Positions 45,961 to 56,121 of a stretch of DNA of 64,000 nt are shown here, in pieces; within the stretch, counting starts at the first letter, position 1; the number at the start of each line of letters is the position of its first letter. The position numbers and the translations under genes were made by a program. Source of the DNA: Scyliorhinus canicula (Eukaryota); NCBI RefSeq assembly GCF_902713615.1, contig NW_024055806.1, positions 124,001-188,000 on the forward strand, read 5' to 3'. A model generated the notes under the pieces. The model made no database searches, was not told the DNA's origin, and saw nothing but the letters and a program-made list of their open reading frames with translations.

Positions 45961-47690
45961 GAATAGCCAGGAGGTTGGGTCTGAGGTGGGCTTGGAAGCT
46001 GGAATAAGTTCAGTCCTGTGGCTGCACTGGGAGACATTCAGCTCTGTTGGTCCAGCTGGTTCCTGGTGCTTCTCACACACACATTTGCTTTGTTCAGGGT
46101 TTATTATACTGCATCCCTGACAATTAACTGTAGGGTTAAAACTCTGGGGCCCAGAACACCCCGATACAATAGCAGTTTACGATGCTCACTCACGCTTATC
46201 TCTGTCCCAATTCAAGGTCATTCTCCTGTGTTCAATACGGCACTTGGAGACCAACAGTCCCGAGATTTCATATTCCTCAAATGCTGGTTCATCCTGACAC
46301 AACGACACATTTAAACTTCACAGGTGGCTGCAAAGTTTCCTTATTCAGGTCCGTGTTTAACTAAATATTGTAAGAAGTCTTACAACACCAGGTTAAAGTC
46401 CAACAGGTTTGTTTCAAACACGAGCTTTCGGAGCACGGCTCCTTCTTCAGGTGAATGGAAAGGCTTGTTCCAGAAATGTTTATATGGACACAGTCAGAGA
46501 TGCCCCGGAATGCGAGCACCTGCAGGCAATCAAATCATCAAAGATGCAGAGAGAGAGGTAACTCCAGGTTAAAGAGGTGTGAATTGTCCCAAGCCAGTTC
46601 AGTCGGTCGGCCTCTGCAAGTCCAGGCTTGTTGGTGGGGGCCGAATGTAATGCGACATGAATCCCAGATCCCGGTTGAGTCCGCATTCATGCGTGCGGAA
46701 CTTAGCTATAAGTTTTTGCTCAGCAATTTTGCGTTGTCGCGTCTCCTGAAGGCCTCCTTGTAGAATGCTGACCCGGAGATCAGAGGCTGAATGTCCTTGA
46801 CTGCTGAAGTGTTCCCCAACTGGAAGGGAACAGTCCTGCCTGTTGATAGTCGCACGATGCCCGTTTATTCGTTGTCGCAGTGTCTGCATGGTCTCGCCAA
46901 TGTACCACGCTTCGGGACATCCTTTCCTGCAGCGTATGAGGTAGACTACATTGGTCGAGTCGCACGAGTATGCGCCGCGTACCTGGTGGGTGGTGTTTCC
47001 ACGTGTAATGGTGGTGTCCATGTCGATGATCTGGCATGTCTTGCAGAGATTACCCTGGCAGGGTTTTGTGGTGTTGTGGTTGCTGTTCTGAAGGCTGGGT
47101 AATTTGCTGCAAACAATGGTTTGTTTGAGGTTGCGCGGTTGTTTGAAGGCCAGTAGTGGGGGTGTGGGGATGACCTTGGCAAGATGTCGATCCTCGCTGA
47201 TGATGTGTTGGAGGCTGCGAAGAAGATGTCGTAGTTTCTCCGCCCCAGGAAAGTACTGGACGACGAAGGGTACTCTGTCAGTGGTGTCCCGTGTTTGTCT
47301 TCTGAGGAGGTCGGTGCGGTTTTTTGCTGTGGCGCGGTGGAACTGTCGATCAATGAGTCTACATTCTACATTCTTGCATTCTACAAGGAGGCCTTCAGGA
47401 GACGCGACAACGCAAAATTGCTGAGCAAAAACTTATAGCTAAGTTCCGCACGCATGAATGCGGACTCAACCGGGATCTGGGATTCATGTCGCATTACATT
47501 CGGCCCCCACCAACAAGCCTGGACTTGCAGAGGCCTACCGACTGAACTGGCTTGGGACAATTCACACCTCTTTAACCTGGAGTTACCTCTCTCTCTGCAT
47601 CTTTGATGATTTGATTGCCTGCAGGTGCTCGCATTCCGGGGCATCTCTGACTGTGTCTATATAAACATTTCTGGAACAAGCCTTTCCATT

Positions 47691-47725
47691 CACCTGAAGA
47701 AGGAGCCGTGCTCCGAAAGCTCGTG
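47691..47725 (+). ncRNA. Minimal type I hammerhead ribozyme in the upstream pLTR
   Basis: cac-CTGAAGA-a-GGAGC-cgt-GCTCC-GAAA-gc-TC-gtg: core CUGANGA/GAAA, 5-bp stem II, palindromic AGCU in place of stem III, stem I cac/gtg. Predicted cleavage after 47722. Confidence 0.8.
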
Positions 47726-47811
47726 TTTGAAACAAACCTGTTGGACTTTAACCTGGTGTTGTAAGACTTCTTACTGTGCTCACCCCAGTCCAACGCCGGC
47801 ATCTCCACATC

Positions 47812-50529
47812 ATGGCTACCATTGACACCGCAAACTGCCGGCTCAAAGTGGAGAGGATCTCCAGGAAGATCGCGCATATAGACACTGACATTCAGTTTCT
47901 ACAAAGATGCAAAAAAGCAGACAAGATCCCGAAAGGACTACAGATCAAAAACCCACTCAAGTCGACTTACAACACAGACTACGCTGAAAGACTCTGCCAC
48001 CGCACCTCTGTCACACTCCTCAAACACCTCGTACACCAACTCTACAGCAGTCGACGCAACCTGGAAACCAAGAGAGAGGCCATATTCTCAACTTGCGCTC
48101 AGGACACAGCAGACCAGCTGCGGAACACCGCCAAACAGATGAGACAGCAATACTATGCCACCTACATGCACACCAAGAACAGGAAGCTTGAGAAACTTGG
48201 CATCACCACCAGCAGCAATCAAGCTTCTCCCGGTACAACAGTCGAAAACAATACAGGGAAATCCATTGTCAACTTGTCAGACTACACCCTTCAACCAGAC
48301 GAAATCGAAGTCCTCAGCAGAGGGCTCAATTTCTGCACCACCACCAAAATGGACCCCATCAGTCTCGCGGCAGATACGGAGGAATTCATCAGGCGAATGA
48401 GGCTCCGGGAATTCTTCCACAGACCCCAAGAGGCCGACAGCGAACCCAGGGACACGACCAATGAACCGGAACAGCAGACCGCGAGGTCTGCAGTGCAGCA
48501 ACCGAAAAGGAAAGAGTCAAATTGGACCCCTCCGGAAGGCCGCTGCCCTAGACTCGACATGTATGCTCAAGCCGTCAGAAGTCGTGTCAATGCCAGATTC
48601 ATCACTCGCAATCACAAGGCAGCCTCAAACGTCACCCAAGCACAACGCAACGCCATCCGCACTCTCAAGACCAACCGCAACATCGTCATCAAACCAGCAG
48701 ACAAAGGAGGGGCCACCGTCATACTGAACAGAACAGACTACTGCAAAGAAGTATACCGACAACTCGACAACCAGGAACACTACAGGCAGTTACCCGCAGA
48801 TCCAACCAAGGAACACATCCGCCAACTCAGCAGACTGATCAAGACCTTAGATCCAGACCTTCAGAACACCCTACGTGCTCTCATCCCACGTAATCCCCGC
48901 ATTGGAGATCTCTACTGCCTCCCGAAAATACACAAGGCCAACACACCAGGCCGTCCTATCGTTTCAGGCAATGGGACCCTGTGTGAGAACCTCTCTGGCC
49001 ACATCGAGGGCATCTTGAAACCCATCGTACAAGGTACACCCAGCTTCTGTCGCGACACGACGGACTTCCTACAGAAACTCAGCACCCATGGACCAGTTGA
49101 ACCAGGAACATTCCTCGTCACAATGGATGTCTCGGCACTCTACACCAGCATCCCCCATGACGACGGCATTGCTGCAACAGCCTCAGTCCTCAACACCGAC
49201 AACTGCCAATCTCCAGACGCAATTCTGCAACTCATCCGTTTCATTCTAGACCACAACGTCTTCACCTTCGACAACAAATTCTTCATCCAGACGCACGGAA
49301 CAGCCATGGGGACCAAATTTGCACCTCAATATGCCAACATCTTCATGCACAAGTTTGAACAGGACTTCCTCACCACACAGGACTTTCAACCGATGCTATA
49401 CACCAGATACATCAATGACATTTTTTTCCTTTGGACCCACGGCGAGACATCACTGAAACGACTACACGATGACATCAATAAGTTCCATCCCACCATCAAA
49501 CTCACCATGGACTATTCTCCAAATTCAGTTCCATTCTTGGACACACTCGTCTCCATCAAGGACGGTCACCTCAGCACCTCGCTTTACCGCAAGCCCACAG
49601 ATAATCTCACGATGCTCCACTTCTCCAGCTTTCACCCGAAACACATTAAAGAAGCCATCCCCTATGGACAAGCCCTCCGTATACACAGGATCTGCTCAGA
49701 CAAGGAGGAGCGCAACAGACACCTACAGATGCTGAAAGATGCCCTCGTACGAACGGGATATGGCGCTCGACTCATTGATCGACAGTTCCACCGCGCCACA
49801 GTAAAAAACCGCACCGACCTCCTCAGAAGACAAACACGGGACACCACTGACAGAGTACCCTTCGTCGTCCAGTACTTTCCTGGGGCGGAGAAACTACGAC
49901 ATCTTCTTCGCAGCCTCCAACACATCATCAGCGAGGATGGACATCTTGCCAAGGTCATCCCCACACCCCCACTACTGGCCTTCAAACAACCGCGCAACCT
50001 CAAACAAACCATTGTTTGCAGCAAATTACCCAGCCTTCAGAACAGCAAACACAACACCACAAAACCCTGCCAGGGTAATCTCTGCAAGACATGCCAGATC
50101 ATCGACATGGACACCACCATTACACGTGGAAACACCACCCACCAGGTACGCGGCGCATACTCGTGCGACTCGACCAATGTAGTCTACCTCATACGCTGCA
50201 GGAAAGGATGTCCCGAAGCGTGGTACATTGGCGAGACCATGCAGACACTGCGACAACGAATAAACGGGCATCGTGCGACTATCAACAGGCAGGACTGTTC
50301 CCTTCCAGTTGGGGAACACTTCAGCAGTCAAGGACATTCAGCCTCTGATCTCCGGGTCAGCATTCTACAAGGAGGCCTTCAGGAGACGCGACAACGCAAA
50401 ATTGCTGAGCAAAAACTTATAGCTAAGTTCCGCACGCATGAATGCGGACTCAACCGGGATCTGGGATTCATGTCGCATTACATTCGGCCCCCACCAACAA
50501 GCCTGGACTTGCAGAGGCCTACCGACTGA
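47812..50529 (+). CDS. Penelope ORF: reverse transcriptase + GIY-YIG endonuclease (905 aa from ATG 47812)
   Basis: VIKPADKGG, TMDVSALYTSIPH, GTAMGTKFAPQYANIFM, RYINDIF, YRKPT, IPYGQALRIHRICS, Cys linker CQGNLCKTC, VVYLIRC...WYIGET...RINGHR. No stops or frameshifts. Confidence 0.96.
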   Translation: MATIDTANCRLKVERISRKIAHIDTDIQFLQRCKKADKIPKGLQIKNPLKSTYNTDYAERLCHRTSVTLLKHLVHQLYSSRRNLETKREAIFSTCAQDTADQLRNTAKQMRQQYYATYMHTKNRKLEKLGITTSSNQASPGTTVENNTGKSIVNLSDYTLQPDEIEVLSRGLNFCTTTKMDPISLAADTEEFIRRMRLREFFHRPQEADSEPRDTTNEPEQQTARSAVQQPKRKESNWTPPEGRCPRLDMYAQAVRSRVNARFITRNHKAASNVTQAQRNAIRTLKTNRNIVIKPADKGGATVILNRTDYCKEVYRQLDNQEHYRQLPADPTKEHIRQLSRLIKTLDPDLQNTLRALIPRNPRIGDLYCLPKIHKANTPGRPIVSGNGTLCENLSGHIEGILKPIVQGTPSFCRDTTDFLQKLSTHGPVEPGTFLVTMDVSALYTSIPHDDGIAATASVLNTDNCQSPDAILQLIRFILDHNVFTFDNKFFIQTHGTAMGTKFAPQYANIFMHKFEQDFLTTQDFQPMLYTRYINDIFFLWTHGETSLKRLHDDINKFHPTIKLTMDYSPNSVPFLDTLVSIKDGHLSTSLYRKPTDNLTMLHFSSFHPKHIKEAIPYGQALRIHRICSDKEERNRHLQMLKDALVRTGYGARLIDRQFHRATVKNRTDLLRRQTRDTTDRVPFVVQYFPGAEKLRHLLRSLQHIISEDGHLAKVIPTPPLLAFKQPRNLKQTIVCSKLPSLQNSKHNTTKPCQGNLCKTCQIIDMDTTITRGNTTHQVRGAYSCDSTNVVYLIRCRKGCPEAWYIGETMQTLRQRINGHRATINRQDCSLPVGEHFSSQGHSASDLRVSILQGGLQETRQRKIAEQKLIAKFRTHECGLNRDLGFMSHYIRPPPTSLDLQRPTD

Positions 50530-50674
50530 ACTGGCTTGGGACAATTCACACCTCTTTAACCTGGAGTTACCTCTCTCTCTGCATCTTTGATGATTTGATT
50601 GCCTGCAGGTGCTCGCATTCCGGGGCATCTCTGACTGTGTCTATATAAACATTTCTGGAACAAGCCTTTCCATT

Positions 50675-50709
50675 CACCTGAAGAAGGAGCCGTGCTCCGA
50701 AAGCTCGTG
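50675..50709 (+). ncRNA. Minimal type I hammerhead ribozyme in the downstream pLTR
   Basis: Identical to 47691-47725; predicted cleavage after 50706. Further copies at 46419-46453(-), 60892-60926(-), 61033-61067(+) and 24018-24052(-). Confidence 0.8.
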
Positions 50710-50974
50710 TTTGAAACAAACCTGTTGGACTTTAACCTGGTGTTGTAAGACTTCTTACTGTGCTCACCCCAGTCCAACGCCGGCATCTCCACATCATAAC
50801 TAAATATTGGTCACAGCATCGAATATTGCCCACAGTTTAATGTCCACAGTAACCTGTTAAGTTGCAGCCACTTTGGCAGAGTTTGTGGATCTGACAGTCT
50901 ATATTATCTAATATTCTTGTGCTGAGCGTGAATCTACTTTGAGTCTGGTTAAAACAGTGCGTTGTAGCTGGGTG

Positions 50975-51252
50975 GGGTAGGATAGCACTGTTGCTTCACA
51001 GTTGCAGGGTCCCAGATTCGATGCCCAGCTTGGGTCACTGTCTGTGTGGAGTCTGCACGTTCTCCCCGTGGGTTTCCTCCGGGTGCTCCGGTTTGCTCCC
51101 ACAAGTCCCGAAAGACGTGCTGTGAATTGAACATTCTGAATGCTCCCTCTGTGACCCAACCATGCGCCGGAGTGTGGTGACGAGGGGCTTTTCACAGTAA
51201 CTTCATTGCATTGTTAATGTAAGCCTACTTGTGACAATAAAGATTATTATTA
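50975..51252 (+). mobile_element. SINE, tail type 2
   Basis: Head, body and tail ending aataaagattattatta. Confidence 0.85.
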
Positions 51253-51479
51253 TGGAGGGGGTGGGCGGTTACTCTGGCTGCCGACTTCTGTTCTGTGGTC
51301 TTGTCTATTCCCAGTGGTCTTGCAGAGGGAGCATGTGGTATCCACCGGAATGCGTGACACCTTCCACACCCAGTGGCTACCTCAGCGGACAGAGTGTTTC
51401 AGAGACACTGGGGACAATATTCTGGTTCAAAACTTCTTTTTCAGGCATTAGAACGGGAGATTTGGCAGCTGGGCAACTC

Positions 51480-51690
51480 GAACCAAATATAACATCAAGA
51501 TCTGACTCAATTCATTAGGACCTACATATCACAAACTGTCAATGTGTTTGTCTGTTCTGACTGTGGGAAGAGATTTCAAACATCAGTGTGGCTGGAAAAG
51601 CCCCGAAACCCACACACACCTGAGGGAGAGAGTTCCAGTGAACTGACTGTGGAAAGAGCTTTAACCAGTTACACAGCCTGAAAAATCATC
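51480..51690 (+). pseudogene. 5' remnant of another ZNF exon
   Basis: gagagagttccagtgaactgactgtggaaagagctttaaccagttacacagcctgaaaaa is the reverse complement of 41645-41703; truncated by a CR1 piece. Confidence 0.8.
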
Positions 51691-52075
51691 TTGTTTCCTC
51701 TTGTGGGACAGTCTGGGACCAGAGGGCATAATCTCAGAGTAAGAGATCTCAAATTTAGGACAGAGGTGAGGAGACATTTCTTCCATCAGAGGGTAGTGAA
51801 TCTGTGGAATTCTTCAGCTGTGCAATCATCCTGTCTCTGGAGTTTACCATAAAAAGGCAAAGGTGAAGGTGACTTAACCCGGATGGGCCGCTTGGTGGCG
51901 CAGCGGCTCTTTCACTGAGGGGCCTTGAGTTCAGACACATCCCAGACAGGACTGGTGAGAAATATCTGTCTGGGAAAGGGGAGAAAACGGTATAATCGGG
52001 GAAATGGAGCGCTGCCGATGGAGCTGAGAGAAAGGAGTTCAGATTAGACTTGTTTTCTTCATTTTTCATTCAATA

Positions 52076-52116
52076 TTTATTAAAATTTCAGAGAAAATAT
52101 AGCACAAAAGTTTATT
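52076..52116 (-). terminator. Candidate polyadenylation signals for membrane IgM mRNA
   Basis: AATAAA on the minus strand at 52111-52116 and 52076-52081, about 410-450 nt after the TM2 stop. Confidence 0.55.
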
Positions 52117-52521
52117 TTGATGTTTACAAAAGGGAACATAGCGATTGAGGGTCACAGTGAGAACAGAACACACGCCCTTTGAGCTGCCAAATGTATGTAC
52201 AACTGTAACAGACACAAGAGAGAACGGGAGCTCAACATAAAGGGAAGGCAACTGTTGTAAATAAGGTACGAGGTAAGTTACTTATTTAGACATGACATTG
52301 AGAGAAATTATTAACTACAATTACATTACAGCCAAAATTATCGCGTACATTTTAAACTGAAAAGCAGAAATACTGTCCATGATTGTCTCAGTTACAGATG
52401 CAGAATAATAAACTGAGATAATTTTACTGTTCGAGTCACCAAGAGGAGATATTGTATTTCTGTCACACACATATCATAATAAACAGCTGAGGGAAATCTA
52501 CAGCGTCCGAAAGTCAACCCA

Positions 52522-52530
52522 TCACTTGAT
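52522..52530 (-). CDS. IGHM: IgM transmembrane exon TM2 (Ile-Lys-stop)
   Basis: Polypyrimidine tract ttttctctctcctttacAG followed by ATC AAG TGA. Gives a KIK cytoplasmic tail after a 140-nt intron. Confidence 0.88.
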   Translation of the reverse strand: MK

Positions 52531-52670
52531 CTGTAAAGGAGAGAGAAAATGATGAAGCAGATGTTTATGATCTGGGACATTGATGTTAGAGTTTTTAATC
52601 AATCAAACATTTCGAGATGTTTTAAACACCTTCTGTCAGTTTGAAGTGTGAGTGGATTGAATCTTCTCAC

Positions 52671-52798
52671 CTTCACCAGAGTGACTGCAGCGCTGTAGGA
52701 AATGCTCAGGAAGAACAGGGTGATGAATGTGGAAGCGGTTGTCCAGATGTTCCCGTTATCATCCTCATTGTCTTCAGTCCAGGTGTTGTCTGTGGTAT
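52671..52798 (-). CDS. IGHM: IgM transmembrane exon TM1
   Basis: Acceptor ctcgtAG (52799-52800), donor GTgaga (52669-52670); 128 nt. TTDNTWTEDNEDDNGNIWTTASTFITLFFLSISYSAAVTLVK contains the conserved antigen-receptor TM motif. Confidence 0.95.
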
Positions 52799-52954
52799 CT
52801 ACGAGGATCGAGCCAAATATAATTAGTTTGTTTATCAATCCAGGATATATTTTTTAATATTCTCGTTTCATTTTCTCCCGCTGCTAATTCATTCTTTAAT
52901 ATATTTGTCATTGCATATCTACTGTTGAGTTCATGACACTCGGAAATCGATCTC

Positions 52955-53148
52955 TGTAACTTTTTTCTTCCAATTAAGGGGCAATTTAGCATGGCCAATC
53001 CACCTACCCTGCACATCTTTGGGTTGTCGGGGTGAGACCCACGGGTCACGAGGAAACTCCACTGGGACACAGACCCAGGAGCGGGATCAACCCCAGGTCC
53101 ATGGTGGCTGAGGCAGCAGTGCTAACCACTATGCCACCGTGCCGCCCT
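52955..53148 (-). mobile_element. SINE, short-tail type, in the CH4-TM1 intron
   Basis: Head gggcggcacggtggcatagtggttagcac, short tail. Confidence 0.85.
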
Positions 53149-53149
53149 T

Positions 53150-54480
53150 GCCTGACGTTTGTGTTTGTTCTTTAGCTTTTGTGTCTGTGTGGATGCGAAA
53201 TTCGTATTTCTTTACTCTTCATTTGTGTGTCCCGATGTCTTTATAAGTGTTATTGTGTGTGTTCATGTGTCAATGAATATTGATCTGTGTATTTGTGTGT
53301 CAGCGCCTGTGTGAACTTTGTTTATCTTCTGTTAATGTGTACATATGAGTGTTTTATTGTGTGTGTTTGTGTGTTGAAGTCTATGTTTATATATTAATGC
53401 CTCTGTCAATATAAGTTCATACTTCCCTGTCCAGTAATGAAAGTGTTAATGTGTCTTTGTACGTTCAACATGCATGTCAGTGTCTTAATGTTTGTGTCTG
53501 GATAAGTGCGTTTGTGTGTGTGTGTGTTTGTTGATGCGTGTATTTCTTCATAGAATCATCATTAAATATAATCCCTACTGTGCCGAACGAGGCCATTCGG
53601 CCCATTGTGTCTGCACCGACCCTCCGAAAGAGCACTCTGCCTGGACGCATGCCCCTGCCCTTTGCCGAGAACCCCGTAATCCCAACTAACGTTGTGGGCA
53701 CTAAGGGGTAATATAGCCTGGCCAATCCACCGAACCTGCACATCTTTGGATTGTGGGAGGAAACTAGAGCACGCGGAGGAAACAGAAACAGACCCGGCAG
53801 AACGTGGGAACTCCACACAGACAATCACCCAAGGCTGGAATTGAACCCGGGATTATGGCGCTGTGCGGCAGAGGTGCTATTTATGCGTTGATGTTTGATT
53901 ATAACTATCTATTGATGTGTGTTGATGACTCTATGTGTATTCATATGTGTTCGTGTTAGCGTGTGTACGAGTCAGCTAATATGTATCTACGTGTGTCCGT
54001 TAGTGTGGATTATTGTCTCTGTTTGAATGGAAATATTTCTGTCATCGTGAAATTCTGCTAATTTACATGTTATTGGTTACATTTCTGTTTCATATTCTTC
54101 TGTCAGCCTGCTTGTCTGGTTGTATATGTCTGTGTATCTGTGTGGACATGTGGTTGTATATGTCTGTGTACATGCGTGTACCCACTTGTGTGTGTGGAAT
54201 TGTGTTTGTATGTGTGGATGTGCACGTGAGTCTGTGTGTTTCTAAACATGTGCTTTTTGTGTTTATGTGCATGCTTGTGAATTTTTGTGCACATTTGCGT
54301 GTGTTTTTGTGTCAAAATATGTGTGGTCCGTTGTGCCTGGGTGTATGTTTGTGCATGTGTTTCTATGTGTGTGTCCATGTGTGTGTTTGTGTCTACTTGT
54401 GAGCGTGTGTGTGTTTCTGGGTCTGTGTGCATGTGTGTGTAGTGTCTGTGTCTGTTTATCTGTCTGTGTATTTGCATCAG
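53150..54480. repeat. Degenerate (GT)n-rich low-complexity region in the CH4-TM1 intron, interrupted by a SINE
   Basis: Dense tgtgtg/atgtgt motifs. The ORFs over it are composition artefacts. Confidence 0.8.
53550..53878 (-). mobile_element. HE1-like SINE in the CH4-TM1 intron
   Basis: Head, body and CR1-type tail. Confidence 0.85.
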
Positions 54481-54949
54481 CTGCCTGTAGCTTTGCCAGT
54501 TGTGGGTATTATCGATACCGATGTAGAATATGTTGAACTTTCTGCATATAAATGTGTTTTCCGTGAGATGCAAGCTGACATCAGGTGACCTAATGCAAAA
54601 ATACAAGGAGGTGCCTCAGGAGAGACCAGTGAAAACCCAGCGAGAATTCAATCACCAGTCTGGATTTGGATTATGGGGAATCGGTCTCAGCATACGGATA
54701 AGAGGAACAAGGGTGCTAAAAAAATTATGTTGCATAAATAGATATTTTAAGAACATCTTTATAATGTTTCAGCCTGTAAACTACATGGCGTCTTGTAATG
54801 TCAGTAACTGAGTTCTTAGTCCAGACAACCGTTTACTTCCAAACTCCCTGCTTGGGGACTGGGAAGATATTGAGTTAATAATCTCCCTCTCTCTGGTCAG
54901 GTCAGCAAATTGCCTTTGGGTTCTCCCTGTTGGAGGTGGAGATACAGAG

Positions 54950-55790
54950 AGTTCACTCATCACCTTCCTCCTCTTTTGGTTGGGAAAGTGGAGGTAAAAT
55001 GTGTTAGTATTGCCCCTTTGCTCTCTTTGTTGGGGAAGTGGGGAGGCAGTGGATTAAATAATGTCCTTCCACTCATTGTTGGAAGCGGGTGTCCAGTGGA
55101 TTAACTAATGTACACCCCCCTCATTGTTGGAAGCGGATGTACAGTGGATTAACTAATGTACACCCCCCTCATTGTTGGAAGAGGATGTACAGTGGATTAA
55201 CTCAGCCCACCACCGTCTCTTTGTTGGGGAAGTGGGGGCACAATGTGTTAACTAATGCTCCTCCCCTCGCTTTGCTGGGGAAGTGGGGGCACAGTGTGTT
55301 AACTAATGCTCCTCCCCTCGCTTTGCTGGGGAAGTGGGGGTACAGTGTGTTAAGTAATGCCCCAGCCCCTCTCTTTGTTGGGGACGTGGGGAGACAATGG
55401 ATTAACTAATGCCCCTCTCTTTGTTGGTGAAGTGGGGGTACAGTGTATTAACTAAAGCCCCTCCCAGTCTCTCTGTTGGTGAGGTGGGGTACAGTGGATT
55501 AACTAATGCCCCCCTCTCCTCTCTTTGTTGGCGAATTGGGGGTACAGTGAATTAACTAAAGACCCTCTCTCTATTGGGGAAGTGCGGGTACAGTGGATTA
55601 ACTAATACCCCTCCCCCTCCCTCTATTGGGGAAGTGGGGGTACAGTGGATTAAATAATGCCCTTCCCCCTCTCTCTGTGTGGGAGGTGGGTGGGTGGGTG
55701 GGGAGACAGTGGAATAACTAATACCCCTCCCGCTCTCTCTGTTGGGGAGGTGGGGATACAGTGGATTAACAATTTCACTTTCCCCTCTCT
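54950..55790. repeat. ~45-57-bp minisatellite in the IgM CH4-TM1 intron
   Basis: Repeated ggggaagtgggggtacagtggattaactaatgcccctc(c)ctctct(t/g)ttg units. Confidence 0.85.
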
Positions 55791-56121
55791 TTGACTGGAG
55801 ATTGTTGGTCCATGTTTCTGTGTGACCCACAAATCAGTTCCCAGTGGGTCTCATGCAGCATTTTAAAGCTGACATTAATTTTAAAGGGATGGACAATGAG
55901 AGAAGCAGGAACACCGAGATCTAAATGTGATCGGTTTGTTTGTCTAAAATGAGAAATTGTCCGATTTCTCCTCAGCTGGAGGAAAGTCAATGAAGATATT
56001 TTGCTTAATCCTGGAATGAATGAGTTTTACTCTGTCTCTAACCCAGGGTGTTTCCGAGCTGAGAGCTCTGGTTGTATCAGACTTGGGGCTGAGACCTGTA
56101 GAAATCCGGGTCTCATTGACC

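Larger units (their letters stand above)
46371..50796 (+). mobile_element. Penelope-like retroelement: inverted 5' arm + upstream pLTR + ORF + downstream pLTR
   Basis: Inverted arm 46371-47359, filler 47360-47375, pLTR 47376-47812 repeated at 50360-50796 (offset 2984). A 13-bp TSD taactaaatattg at 46358-46370 and 50797-50809 brackets the whole composite. Confidence 0.96.

Noticed and set aside
46371-47359. Second independent Penelope copy on the minus strand
   Set aside because: It lies inside the single 13-bp TSD pair, so it is the inverted arm of the same insertion.
46324-50871. 10-bp inverted repeat gtggctgcaa/ttgcagccac flanking the Penelope insertion
   Set aside because: Short, does not extend in either direction and has no TSD; compatible with chance.
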